In this document: positions 17,162 to 26,290 of the stretch, in pieces
Numbering within the stretch: position 1 is the stretch's first letter
Layout of the letters: the number at the start of each line of letters is the position of its first letter
Assembly: GCA_965222115.1 (NCBI GenBank)
Contig: CBDCTJ010000007.1
Location: 2,752,001-2,816,000 of the forward strand
DNA: 64,000 bases
Reading direction: 5' to 3'
Source of the DNA: Planctomycetota bacterium
GTDB lineage: Bacteria; Planctomycetota; PLA2; JAEUHO01
The notes under the pieces: generated by a model
Database searches by the model: none
Told to the model about the DNA's origin: nothing
What the model saw: the letters and a program-made list of their open reading frames with translations, nothing else
Translations under genes and position numbers: made by a program

Positions 17162-18865
17162 ATGAAACTCGTTCCGATGAACAACAACCGCCATGGATAT
17201 GTGAGGGCTACAGGCGCGGCGCCGCGGGCCACGTTAATGATTGCCCTTGTCGCGCTTGGGATCGTGATGGTTGCGCCAATTGGTGCGCTCAACATCGCTG
17301 CCGCGAAGGGCGAAGACAAAAAGAAGACCGAACCCGCCTTTGTGAATGACCCCAGCGTCGATCTCATGAAGGACGTCGAGGCCAATCCAAAGCTGTACAA
17401 GAAACTCATAGAAGCGGCGCGAGACTACTTCGACGTCGATGAAGAAAAGTGGAAGTCGCGTCTGGCATTTATCGGCGCCTTGGAAATGCTCCAGGCACAA
17501 AAGAAGCGCGATCCACTATCGGACACCAAGTTCTTAAGCTGGCTCTGTGCTCAGTCGCGCGCATTCCACCCGCAAATGGCGGAAACCAAGTGGCGCAAGG
17601 GCCAAAATATTACGTCGTTCAAGAAACACTCGGGCACATCGTTTACCATCAAAACGCCCTCGTACTGGATGCACGTATCGCCGCCGAAGAACTACCCCAA
17701 GAAAAACAAAGAATTTGACGCCTTTCCGCGTGCGAAGCCATGGCCCACGTTGATTTCACTTCACGACAAGTCGGACTATTCGGGCAAAGAGTATCCGGGC
17801 ATGACGATGTTGAAAAAGCGCTGGCCCAAGGGCGAATTTGGGGAACTCTATCAGAAGTGGCTCGTGTGCGCCCCCATCACCGCGGCAGGTCAATTTGTTC
17901 GTTCGGGTCAGGTGGATCGAGGAAGTTTCGATAGTCCTTGGGCGATGGTGTTTCGCCACTATCACGTCGATTTCGACCATGTTGTTCTCGACGGTGTTGC
18001 GCCCATCGTTACGACCATTGCCGCGTCACGTGCGGTTTACTTGTCGGGCATCATTGTGCGTTCGGGCTTTCTCACGGACGACGACAAGGCAATTGTTCAA
18101 AACTATGCCCACACACCGGTTTATGTCGTGGACGACAAGAAGCTCGCAAAAACCATGCGTGAGGCGGGTCACAAGAACGTGACGGATGGCGATGGTAAGG
18201 ATCTGATGACATGGATGAGTGCGCTGCGTCGCAAACGGCCCACCACATTCACGTGGAACGCAAATACCGACGACAAGGTGCTGGCGCATTGGATCAGTAT
18301 CGCCAGCCTGGATCACCGCGCATCGGAAAAGACACTCGACGTTAAGGTAGACAACAACGACATCGACATTCGGGCGCGCGGCGTTACCGAAATTGCCCTC
18401 TTTCTTGACGATACACTTGTTGACTTGGACAAGCCGGTCAAAGTCACAATCAATGGGCATCTGGCTTACAAGAGTGCCGTCGTGGGCAAGCCCGACGACG
18501 ACCAGACCAAGCTAACCCGTCCCTTCGATCTTATCTTTGACCGCAAGCCGATTGAGTTGCGACAGAGTATGTATTTCGGATGGCTCATGCCCGGACGCAT
18601 CGTCGGTTTGGAAGTGCGTCCACCTGCGGATGCCACCACGGATAAGAAGAAGCCCGACGATAACGCCTCGTCCGTTGAACCCAAGAAGTTCGAAGCGTCC
18701 GAGAAAGAAGAGAATGACGCGAAGCGTTACTTCACCAAGGCGCAAGAAGCGCACAAATCGGGCGACAAGGGGAAGGCGTCGCGACTGCTCAAGAAGGTCT
18801 TGGGGCTGCCCCACAACCGTCAGAGCGTAGCGGCAAAGAAATTGTTGGCCGAGATCGAGGGATAA
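17162..18865 (+). CDS. Secreted protein with a degenerate alpha/beta-hydrolase-like region
   Basis: Signal peptide; PKNY..KPWPTLISLH, YHVDFDHVVLDG, C-terminal GVTEIALFLDDTLVDLDKPVKVTING. Confidence 0.55.
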   Translation: MKLVPMNNNRHGYVRATGAAPRATLMIALVALGIVMVAPIGALNIAAAKGEDKKKTEPAFVNDPSVDLMKDVEANPKLYKKLIEAARDYFDVDEEKWKSRLAFIGALEMLQAQKKRDPLSDTKFLSWLCAQSRAFHPQMAETKWRKGQNITSFKKHSGTSFTIKTPSYWMHVSPPKNYPKKNKEFDAFPRAKPWPTLISLHDKSDYSGKEYPGMTMLKKRWPKGEFGELYQKWLVCAPITAAGQFVRSGQVDRGSFDSPWAMVFRHYHVDFDHVVLDGVAPIVTTIAASRAVYLSGIIVRSGFLTDDDKAIVQNYAHTPVYVVDDKKLAKTMREAGHKNVTDGDGKDLMTWMSALRRKRPTTFTWNANTDDKVLAHWISIASLDHRASEKTLDVKVDNNDIDIRARGVTEIALFLDDTLVDLDKPVKVTINGHLAYKSAVVGKPDDDQTKLTRPFDLIFDRKPIELRQSMYFGWLMPGRIVGLEVRPPADATTDKKKPDDNASSVEPKKFEASEKEENDAKRYFTKAQEAHKSGDKGKASRLLKKVLGLPHNRQSVAAKKLLAEIEG

Positions 18866-18919
18866 GTCGGTCTCGGTTCTCTCGTAGTTGCTCGTGTCTC
18901 ACATTGAGGAATAGAACAC

Positions 18920-21211
18920 ATGAGGCTTTTCCGCGGCGCTGTCGCGTTCGTCGCGGGATTTGTCATTGTCGCGCTTGAGTTCGCCGCGATCCGTCTCATG
19001 GCACCTCAATTTGGCCAATCCACATGGATATGGGCCAATGTGATCGGTGTCATTTTGGCGGCGTTGGTTGTGGGGTATCGGCTCGGGGGACGAACGGGTC
19101 TCTCGAGTTCAAGTTTCAAGCCTCTTACGCTGTATTACGTTGTGGCGTCGTGCTGGATTGTTGGCGCGGTGCTCTGGGGTCCCTCGTTCATGGCGGGCAT
19201 GATGCCGTCGGGCGTGTTTCCCGATCGCACCCTTCCACTAGCATTCTGGCCAAGCCTTGCGACCACCGTCTTGCTATTTGCACCTCCTGTGGTGTTGGCC
19301 GCGACGACAAGCCCCATTCTCGTGCAACGCGACGCACGTCGTGGCGCCGAGGGATCGAGTGCGGGCTGGATCTATGCCATCGGTACATTGGGAAGTCTTG
19401 CGGGGTGTTACGCGGCGCCCATCTACATGTTGCCTTGGTGGGGGACGCGCCTCACGTGTTTTGTGTTGGCCGGCTTGCTATTCGTCCTCGGCCTCGTGCT
19501 CTATTTCGTACCGACGAAATCGACTGATGCGTCGTCCCGCGCAACACCGGTTTCCGGATCCCAGAAGGCACCTAGACGATTGTTCTTGGTGGCGCTCGCC
19601 ATGGGACTCGCCATTACCGTGATCGAGTTTGCGGCAATCCGCATGATGTCGCCCTGGGTCGGTCAATCCAACCTTGTGTGGGCAAATGTGATTGGTGTGT
19701 GCTTGCTCTCGATTGCCATTGGGAGTCACTTGGGGGGTCGCTTCATCGACGCCCGTCCTCAATCGCTGCCGTTTGCACGTATTCTCGCGATAGCCGCTGG
19801 TTGGCTTCTCTTGGCATTGGCACTCACGCCTATCGTTATGGAGTGGTTGGTTCCCGTAACGCTGTCCAATGCCTACGTGCTTGGTGTGTCCTTGTGGGGA
19901 AGTCTTGCGGCCACCCTCTTGCTCTTTGCTCCGCCATTGACCGTGGCGGGCATGGCGGTTCCAGTGGTGATTCGTTTGGCCTCTCCGCAGGGACGCGCGG
20001 GCGCGGTAGCGGGTCGCGTATTCGCGTGGAATACCGTGGGGGGGCTGATCGGATGCGTCATCTCGGCATCGCTCTTGGTTCCGGCCATTGGCTCGCGTGC
20101 GACCATCGCGCTCTCGGCCGTATTGCTGACACTGTGTGCATGGTCGCTTGGTACGCGACCCATCGGGGAGACGACGGCAAAGCAGACACCGCGTGGAAAA
20201 GCCATGACGTTTGGCGGCGCCCTCGCGCTATCGGTGGCGGCATTGTTGACCCTCGCCATCTGGCGCCCGGCCCTACTCCACGACAAAGGACAACTCGCGG
20301 AAGTGGAATCCGCGTACCAAACGATTCGTGCTGCGGAACAAATGCAGGTGGCCGTGTATCCCGCCAAGCCGCCGTCGGAGTGGCAACCCACGAATCAGAT
20401 TCCCATGCGCTTCTTACGCCACGACGAGGATCATGAGACGTATCAGAGTGCATGGCTCAAAGACAAGCACGCCACACAACTCACCGGAGGGCGGTACTTC
20501 GAACATATGGCGATTGGCGCCCAGTTCTATCGCGCGCAGCGTAAAGACAAGCGGCTTGACGTATTGATCATCGGCCACGCGGGCGGCACTGTGTACCGCG
20601 TGCTGCGAGACACAGTGCCCAAGGAACGCGACTTGCACTGCATCGCCGTGGAGCTTGATCCGGAAGTCGTGAACGTCGCGCGTGCATACTTGGATCACAA
20701 AACCCTTGAAGACGAACGACTTACGCTCATTACGGGGGAAGATGGGCGCACCGTGGTCAACGCGCTTCCCGACGACCGGCGTTTTGATTTGATTCTGGTG
20801 GATGCCTATACCCGAACCAACTACGTTCCTTTTCAACTGGCCAGCCGTGAGTTTTTCGCACACGTTCAGGGCCATCTCAAACCGGGTGGTTGGCTGGGAC
20901 TCAATGTGCTGGGTGGGGGAGCGAAGAGTCCGGTAGCGCGCGCGGTGTCGGCTACGGCCAATGATGTCTTGGGCAGTGCGTTTCTGACGCCCAATCCCTC
21001 GTTTCCAGGCAATGTCATTATCTGGGCATCACCCAACGCGCCACGTGGGCCGCGCGTGGACGGCGGCGCCACACTTCATCCCCAACTTCGCACCGCGGTA
21101 TTTGCCCTTGAACGTCTCACGTGGCGCTTTCGGTCACGCGAAAACGAACTCCTATTGACTGACGATCGTTCGCCCGCCGAACAGATCGCCGACGAGGAGT
21201 TTGGACTGTGA
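18920..21211 (+). CDS. Fused membrane/spermidine-synthase-like SAM-dependent protein with duplicated TM module
   Basis: Two copies of EFAAIR.M.P..GQS...WANVIGV; C-terminal VLIIGHAGGT, VELDPEVV, EDGR, FDLILVDAY, HLKPGG, LLTDDRSP. Confidence 0.85.
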   Translation: MRLFRGAVAFVAGFVIVALEFAAIRLMAPQFGQSTWIWANVIGVILAALVVGYRLGGRTGLSSSSFKPLTLYYVVASCWIVGAVLWGPSFMAGMMPSGVFPDRTLPLAFWPSLATTVLLFAPPVVLAATTSPILVQRDARRGAEGSSAGWIYAIGTLGSLAGCYAAPIYMLPWWGTRLTCFVLAGLLFVLGLVLYFVPTKSTDASSRATPVSGSQKAPRRLFLVALAMGLAITVIEFAAIRMMSPWVGQSNLVWANVIGVCLLSIAIGSHLGGRFIDARPQSLPFARILAIAAGWLLLALALTPIVMEWLVPVTLSNAYVLGVSLWGSLAATLLLFAPPLTVAGMAVPVVIRLASPQGRAGAVAGRVFAWNTVGGLIGCVISASLLVPAIGSRATIALSAVLLTLCAWSLGTRPIGETTAKQTPRGKAMTFGGALALSVAALLTLAIWRPALLHDKGQLAEVESAYQTIRAAEQMQVAVYPAKPPSEWQPTNQIPMRFLRHDEDHETYQSAWLKDKHATQLTGGRYFEHMAIGAQFYRAQRKDKRLDVLIIGHAGGTVYRVLRDTVPKERDLHCIAVELDPEVVNVARAYLDHKTLEDERLTLITGEDGRTVVNALPDDRRFDLILVDAYTRTNYVPFQLASREFFAHVQGHLKPGGWLGLNVLGGGAKSPVARAVSATANDVLGSAFLTPNPSFPGNVIIWASPNAPRGPRVDGGATLHPQLRTAVFALERLTWRFRSRENELLLTDDRSPAEQIADEEFGL

Positions 21212-21870
21212 TCCGTTTCGGACGAATGCTTGCATGGATCTGTGCCGTGGGGGCCTGTCTACTTGGTTCCTTGCCCGCGGCAAATGCCAATGAAGCCACC
21301 GAGGCGATCGAAATCGCGTACGTTGAGGGGCGCTTTGACGACGTCGATTTCGCGTCGGCTTCATTACCGCCGAAAACGCTTCGCTATCTCAGGGCCTTGC
21401 GCGACTTTGCGTGGCGACCCTCCCATCAGCGTGCGATCGATGTCCAAGCGCTGGATTCTTCGCTGCAGGTGGAGGCGTGGTTGAGCGATTCCACGCGAAT
21501 CGATTCGCCCTTCACTGAGGATGAACCCGATCCGGCGCCCACAGCCACGATCTTGCTTCAGGACCGGCGCGTTCGCGAGAGCGCTAGCGAAACTCCCCAG
21601 AAGCGAAGCGCATCGTTGCTCCACAGTTGGCGGGTGAACGCGCCTCGGCTCGGCCGGGCAATCGATATGAGTCTGATCAAGTACGACGCCATTTACGGGC
21701 CCCAGCCAACCATCGAAAGCGTGGAGCAGGCCAAGGCCCACGCACATGCCGCGCGAAACAAGGCGCGCTGGGTGGCACTGATTGCTCTGGCTGCCCTGAT
21801 TCTCACTGTGCTACTGATTTCGAGGCGCTTGCTCAAACCGGGCGATGAATGTGCCTCGGCTGCCCTCTAA
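21208..21870 (+). CDS. Hypothetical protein with signal peptide and C-terminal TM anchor
   Basis: GTGA overlap with the upstream gene; AANA signal end; WVALIALAALILTVLLISRR. Confidence 0.6.
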   Translation: MIRFGRMLAWICAVGACLLGSLPAANANEATEAIEIAYVEGRFDDVDFASASLPPKTLRYLRALRDFAWRPSHQRAIDVQALDSSLQVEAWLSDSTRIDSPFTEDEPDPAPTATILLQDRRVRESASETPQKRSASLLHSWRVNAPRLGRAIDMSLIKYDAIYGPQPTIESVEQAKAHAHAARNKARWVALIALAALILTVLLISRRLLKPGDECASAAL

Positions 21871-22080
21871 GCCCTAGAAACTCGGCCAGCGAGCTTAAGT
21901 ACGTGGACGGGCGCCTCTATGACCCCCACACCAACAACACAACATAATATAGATTATCAGACGTTAGAAATGTGGTGAGAAGACCCCGAATCGTCGGCTT
22001 CCCGTACCCTCTCTAGGTTGCACGTTTCCTGTTTGAATCGAGCTGTCAATGATGAGTAGTCGAGTGGAGAGTATTCGTTC

Positions 22081-22572
22081 GTGACGTCAACTGAACCCAG
22101 CCGCAGCGACGCAGGTGTGCGTCTTGACCGGATTCGTGCCATTGTGCTCGATGGCGCTATGAATCAGGCCGAAGCCACCATGACCGCTTTACGCAAGCGA
22201 TTGGATGCGGTTGATGACGACGCCAACTCGCGGCTAGAGCAACTCAGGGCGACACTCGATCGGCATAGAGAACTCGGTATGGCCGAGGCTCGACAGCACG
22301 CTCGCGAGGCGGCCGACGCGGTGACGGAGGAAGTTCGCGCGCTCCGGGGCGACATGATTCGAAAGCAGACCATCCTTGAAGAGGAAATTGCAGAACTCAA
22401 GAATGCCGTGGAACACCTGCGGATGCGCACCGAAGGGTTGGATGACTTTGAGGCACTGATGACCCGTCGCATTCGTGAACTTGCGGCTGCCGACGGGGCA
22501 TTCATGACGAGCGCTGATGTTCAAGCGCTCATTGCTGAGCTGATGGCACGGCGCAAGAAGCGGCGGTGGTAA
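22081..22572 (+). CDS. Coiled-coil protein, first gene of the small-GTPase operon
   Basis: LDRIRAIVL followed by heptad-rich helices; GGAGAG RBS; abuts the next gene. Confidence 0.7.
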   Translation: MTSTEPSRSDAGVRLDRIRAIVLDGAMNQAEATMTALRKRLDAVDDDANSRLEQLRATLDRHRELGMAEARQHAREAADAVTEEVRALRGDMIRKQTILEEEIAELKNAVEHLRMRTEGLDDFEALMTRRIRELAAADGAFMTSADVQALIAELMARRKKRRW

Positions 22573-24549
22573 TTGGTTCCCGACAAACACACCACCGCAG
22601 AAGTTCCCACGGAGTTGCCCGCGGACGCTTCGCGGCATGCATCGAATCGTGAACTCGACGACGCCGCAAGGGACGTCGCGACGCCGAGACGCTCCACGCC
22701 CCCACTACGTGTTGAAGTCCATCAACTCGAAGCCTTACGAGAACTGTTGCTCGAAGAAGAACAGTTGGATATTGAAGCGCTTCAACGGCGACTCGACGAC
22801 GTGACGGTGCGTGCCGAAGAGATGGCCACCGCGCTCCCTGCGGCTTTTTCGTTGGGCGCCAAGGAACGCTTGGCGGCAGCCATGATGCCCACGGTTGAGT
22901 CCGCGCTGCATGAGTCTGCCAACCGCAATCCACACGCATTGGCCGACGCCATTTTCCCGGTCATGGGTCCCGCTATTCGTCGCGCCATTCGGGATGCCAT
23001 TGGCTCACTGGTGGAGAATGTCAATACCACGATTGAGTCACGCTTTACGGCCCGTGGACTCAGGTGGCGCCTCGAAGCCAAGCGAAGTGGCCGCACCTAT
23101 GCCGAGGTCGCACTCGCCCACAGCCTGCTCTATCACGTGGAGGAGGTCTACCTCATTCACAAGGAGACCGGACTGCTTCTGTTGCACGTTCAAGAGGGAT
23201 CGGCCACTCAAAACGATGCCGATCTTGTCTCCGGTATGCTCACGGCTATTCAGGATTTCGTGCGCGATAGCTTTCATATGGACGACGGGGATGTACTGGA
23301 ACAGTTTCAGGTCGGTGACGTGACGGTCTTGGTCGAACAAGGGCCGTCAGCCGTGTTGGCCGCCGTGGTACGTGGGACGGCACCGCCCACCGTGAGGCCG
23401 TTGATGCAGAAAGCGCTTGAGGACATTCACGGACGGCACGCGCGTGTGCTGAAGTCCTTTGATGGCGACGCCTCCATCTTGATGGGTGAACGGAAGACCC
23501 TTGAGGCCTGCCTCGTTCGTCGCGACAAGGCCGACAGGCGCAAGCGCACACAGCGCTTTGGACCTTTTGGATTCCTGGCTTCTATTTTGCTCTTGTCGCT
23601 GCTGATCTATGGCGGCTATGCGCTGATTGGCAATCACATTCGAACGCGGGATTTGCGACAGCGTTTCTCCGCGCTCACGGAGCGCATCGAGTCCGAGCCG
23701 GGATTGTCGGTTGCGTGGGAACGGGAGTACGACGGTCGTTTTACGCTTCTTGGCCTCAGGGACCCCAACGCACGGGATCCCGCAACGCTCATCCAAGAGA
23801 CGCTTCACGAGGGCGATCCCGTGGCCATTCGATGGATTCCAACAACGGCCAGCGAACCTGCGATCCTTGAGCGGCGCTGGCGGAGGCACCTGTCGCCCCC
23901 ACCCACTGTCACCTTCGATATGCAGTCAGATGGCCCCCGCCTGCACGGCGTGGCGCCGCGCACGTGGCTTCGCCGCGCTCGACTTGTTTCCTCGGTGGTA
24001 CCGGGGCTGTCACAGATTGAAATGCGCGACGTGCTGGCGAGTGAGGATGCGTATTGTCACGACACCATCCGATCGATTCAAGCGGTGCGGTTGCGTCTTG
24101 ATCCAGCACCGGGTAGCGCTGTTTCGGATGCCGCCCTTGACCGACTTCGCAATCAGGTAATGAAACCCATTCAGCGCATCCTCGACCATCCGTCCAAGAA
24201 GCGCCGTGTAACAGTCATCGTGCGGTCAGCGGGCCAATCGTCCGAAGCGCTTTCTTTGGCCGGTTCCGGCATCGGGCGCATCGTGACGTATCTGCGGAAG
24301 TCGTTTTCCGATAGGTCGGCGACGATTCACATTGAAGCGAAACAACCCCAACGTTTTGCGCGCGGAGACGTTGGGCTTGCCGATGCCCCCACCTCGTCAG
24401 ACAATACGCGTGTGCGCTTGGCTCCGGTCGAGCCCGAAGATGCTGCGCCTGCGGTGATGTTTGACATTGAGATGTCACCCGCGACGTCACCCGCGACGTC
24501 ACCCGCGACGTCACCCACAATGCGCGAGCGCGACTCGACCGGAGATTGA
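22573..24549 (+). CDS. Membrane protein: cytoplasmic helical + longin/roadblock-like domain, single TM, periplasmic BON/OmpA-like region
   Basis: LADAIFPVMGPAIRRAI, YHVEEVYLIHKETGLLL, DADLVSGMLTAIQDFVRDSF, VEQGPSAVLAAVVRG, TM FGFLASILLLSLLIYGGYALIG, GLRDPNARDP. Confidence 0.7.
   Translation: MVPDKHTTAEVPTELPADASRHASNRELDDAARDVATPRRSTPPLRVEVHQLEALRELLLEEEQLDIEALQRRLDDVTVRAEEMATALPAAFSLGAKERLAAAMMPTVESALHESANRNPHALADAIFPVMGPAIRRAIRDAIGSLVENVNTTIESRFTARGLRWRLEAKRSGRTYAEVALAHSLLYHVEEVYLIHKETGLLLLHVQEGSATQNDADLVSGMLTAIQDFVRDSFHMDDGDVLEQFQVGDVTVLVEQGPSAVLAAVVRGTAPPTVRPLMQKALEDIHGRHARVLKSFDGDASILMGERKTLEACLVRRDKADRRKRTQRFGPFGFLASILLLSLLIYGGYALIGNHIRTRDLRQRFSALTERIESEPGLSVAWEREYDGRFTLLGLRDPNARDPATLIQETLHEGDPVAIRWIPTTASEPAILERRWRRHLSPPPTVTFDMQSDGPRLHGVAPRTWLRRARLVSSVVPGLSQIEMRDVLASEDAYCHDTIRSIQAVRLRLDPAPGSAVSDAALDRLRNQVMKPIQRILDHPSKKRRVTVIVRSAGQSSEALSLAGSGIGRIVTYLRKSFSDRSATIHIEAKQPQRFARGDVGLADAPTSSDNTRVRLAPVEPEDAAPAVMFDIEMSPATSPATSPATSPTMRERDSTGD
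24474..24516 (+). repeat. In-frame 12-bp tandem repeat (gtcacccgcgac x3.6) encoding SPAT repeats
   Basis: Directly visible; protein tail SPATSPATSPATSPT. Confidence 0.85.
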
Positions 24550-25046
24550 GAACCGTGATTCAAAAGAAAATTTGCATGGTCGGCTCCTTCGCCGTGGGCA
24601 AGTCGAGTCTGGTGGCTCGATATGTTCAAAATAAGTTTTCCGAGAAGTACCAAACCACCGTGGGCGTGAAGATCGATCGCAAAGAGATTGATATTGACGG
24701 CGTCCCGGTACGACTGATTTTGTGGGACCTTCACGGCGAAGATGATTTTCAAAAGGTGCGCGCCACGTACCTGCGAGGCTCATCCGGCATTCTGCTGGTC
24801 GCCGACGGAACGCGCCCCGAAACCATGGCAGTGGCCCGTCGCCTAAAAGACACCGCCACGGAGGCCGTCGGAGAAATTCCTTTCGTTCTACTTGTCAATA
24901 AGTGTGATCTCACCACCGAATGGGCCGTGGACGATGCCGCCGCGAGCACCGAGTTCGCCTGCCCCGTGCTTCGCACAAGCGCCAAGACCGGCGAGAGCGT
25001 CGAAGATGCCTTCATGATGCTCACACGAGAAATGGTGCAACGTTGA
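24546..25046 (+). CDS. Rab/Ras-like small GTPase
   Basis: G1 GSFAVGKS, G2 YQTTVG, G3 WDLHG, G4 NKCD, G5 SAK; Rab-like RLILW and YLRGS. Confidence 0.93.
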   Translation: MRTVIQKKICMVGSFAVGKSSLVARYVQNKFSEKYQTTVGVKIDRKEIDIDGVPVRLILWDLHGEDDFQKVRATYLRGSSGILLVADGTRPETMAVARRLKDTATEAVGEIPFVLLVNKCDLTTEWAVDDAAASTEFACPVLRTSAKTGESVEDAFMMLTREMVQR

Positions 25047-26161
25047 ACTTGGCCACCTCACGGTTTCCGGCGCCCGTGCAGTCGTATCTGGCGCATCAAC
25101 TTGATCTCGCGCGCCACGTCGCGTGGTTTGAGGTGGATGAGAATCGCATCGTTCGCGCAGTGGGCGGTCGGTCCACGTTCTATCGCTTTGATGCCGCGGT
25201 CATCGGCCAACATGCGGAGGTGGCCTTTCCCTACCTCACCGGCATGTTCGAAGATGTTGCGCCCCGGTATGTGTTTCCGTTCGTTCAAATGCCCAGCGGT
25301 GGACTGGCCGATATTCACGTGGTGTCGGTCCGCGGCGAGCACGGCGGTATCGAGAGCACGTTCGCCATCATTTTGGACACGAGTTCCGAAGCCTATCGAC
25401 TGGAAGCCGTTCAACAGTCGCGCAATGAACACGCGCTACGTGGCATTTCACCCATGCACGCGAGCCTCCTCACGCTCCTGGGGGCGCGCGACGCGCTCTT
25501 GTTAGAGCCGGCACGCGACACGCAACAGGAGGCATCACCTGCTTTTGCTTGGCTGCGCGTCCTGTCGCCGCTCCCAACGTGGGCCGATGCATTGACGCAG
25601 AGCAAGCACGTCGATTCCGCCGCGGCTACGCGCACGGCTGCGGATGGCAAGATGCTACTCCATGTAGACACGTTTCCATTTTTGGAAGCGTTTCTTCCCG
25701 AAGCGGTGGAATTCTGGCGTTCCAAGTCACGAGGCCTCTTGCAGAGTACGCCGTGGGTGCAAACCGACGGCAACGGCAATGAGATCTCCCTACAAGTTTC
25801 CGCCGTTCATCTCGAAAATCATGGCGGCCTCTTGATCGTGGAAGTCCTCGGCTCGACCTATCACGAAAAGCGTTCCCTGCTCCAACGGGCGCGCGAACGC
25901 AGCCTGGAACAAGAGCGACTCAGTCGTGCCCTGGCCCACCAGCAGTACATGCTGGATTATATTTCTCGCGATCTTGCCGAACCCGTGCAGCGTTCCTTGA
26001 TTCGCATCGAAGAGCTTCTCGCCGAACGCAACGTGCAAGGGCCGGTCGAAGAGATCCTTGAAGCCGTGCGTCGCGAGTGCCATGAACATGTGGACGGCGT
26101 TCGGAAAATTTTGGCCGTCTTCGGCCGCCACACATCGATTGATGAGAACTACAACGCCTAG
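25043..26161 (+). CDS. PAS-like sensor protein ending in a degenerate HisKA helix pair, no ATPase domain
   Basis: TTGA overlap with the GTPase stop; FPFLEAFLPEAVEFW, LLQRARERSL, LDYISRDLAEPV, then stop about 55 aa later. Confidence 0.6.
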   Translation: MNLATSRFPAPVQSYLAHQLDLARHVAWFEVDENRIVRAVGGRSTFYRFDAAVIGQHAEVAFPYLTGMFEDVAPRYVFPFVQMPSGGLADIHVVSVRGEHGGIESTFAIILDTSSEAYRLEAVQQSRNEHALRGISPMHASLLTLLGARDALLLEPARDTQQEASPAFAWLRVLSPLPTWADALTQSKHVDSAAATRTAADGKMLLHVDTFPFLEAFLPEAVEFWRSKSRGLLQSTPWVQTDGNGNEISLQVSAVHLENHGGLLIVEVLGSTYHEKRSLLQRARERSLEQERLSRALAHQQYMLDYISRDLAEPVQRSLIRIEELLAERNVQGPVEEILEAVRRECHEHVDGVRKILAVFGRHTSIDENYNA

Positions 26162-26263
26162 TCCTTCCCTAATTCTTCTCCCTTCCCTCATCTGAATCTC
26201 AATCTGTCCTGATCTGATGCTTGTGTCGCTCTGCGCCTCTACAACGTTGCGTCTCTGCGTGAG
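26162..26263 (+). repeat. Dispersed repeat modules: pyrimidine block (as at 2701) + 35-nt CTCTGCGCCTC...CTCTGCGTGAG unit
   Basis: 26162-26216 aligns with 2701-2755; 26229-26263 aligns with 61649-61684 and with the reverse complement of 61470-61504. Confidence 0.75.
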
Positions 26264-26290
26264 GTGCAAGGGTGTTGCACGCGTGACGCC

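Noticed and set aside
24546-25046. Eukaryotic contamination or MglA
   Set aside because: Translationally coupled within a bacterial operon, no prenylation motif, and lacks the MglA-type G3 (TVPGQ)
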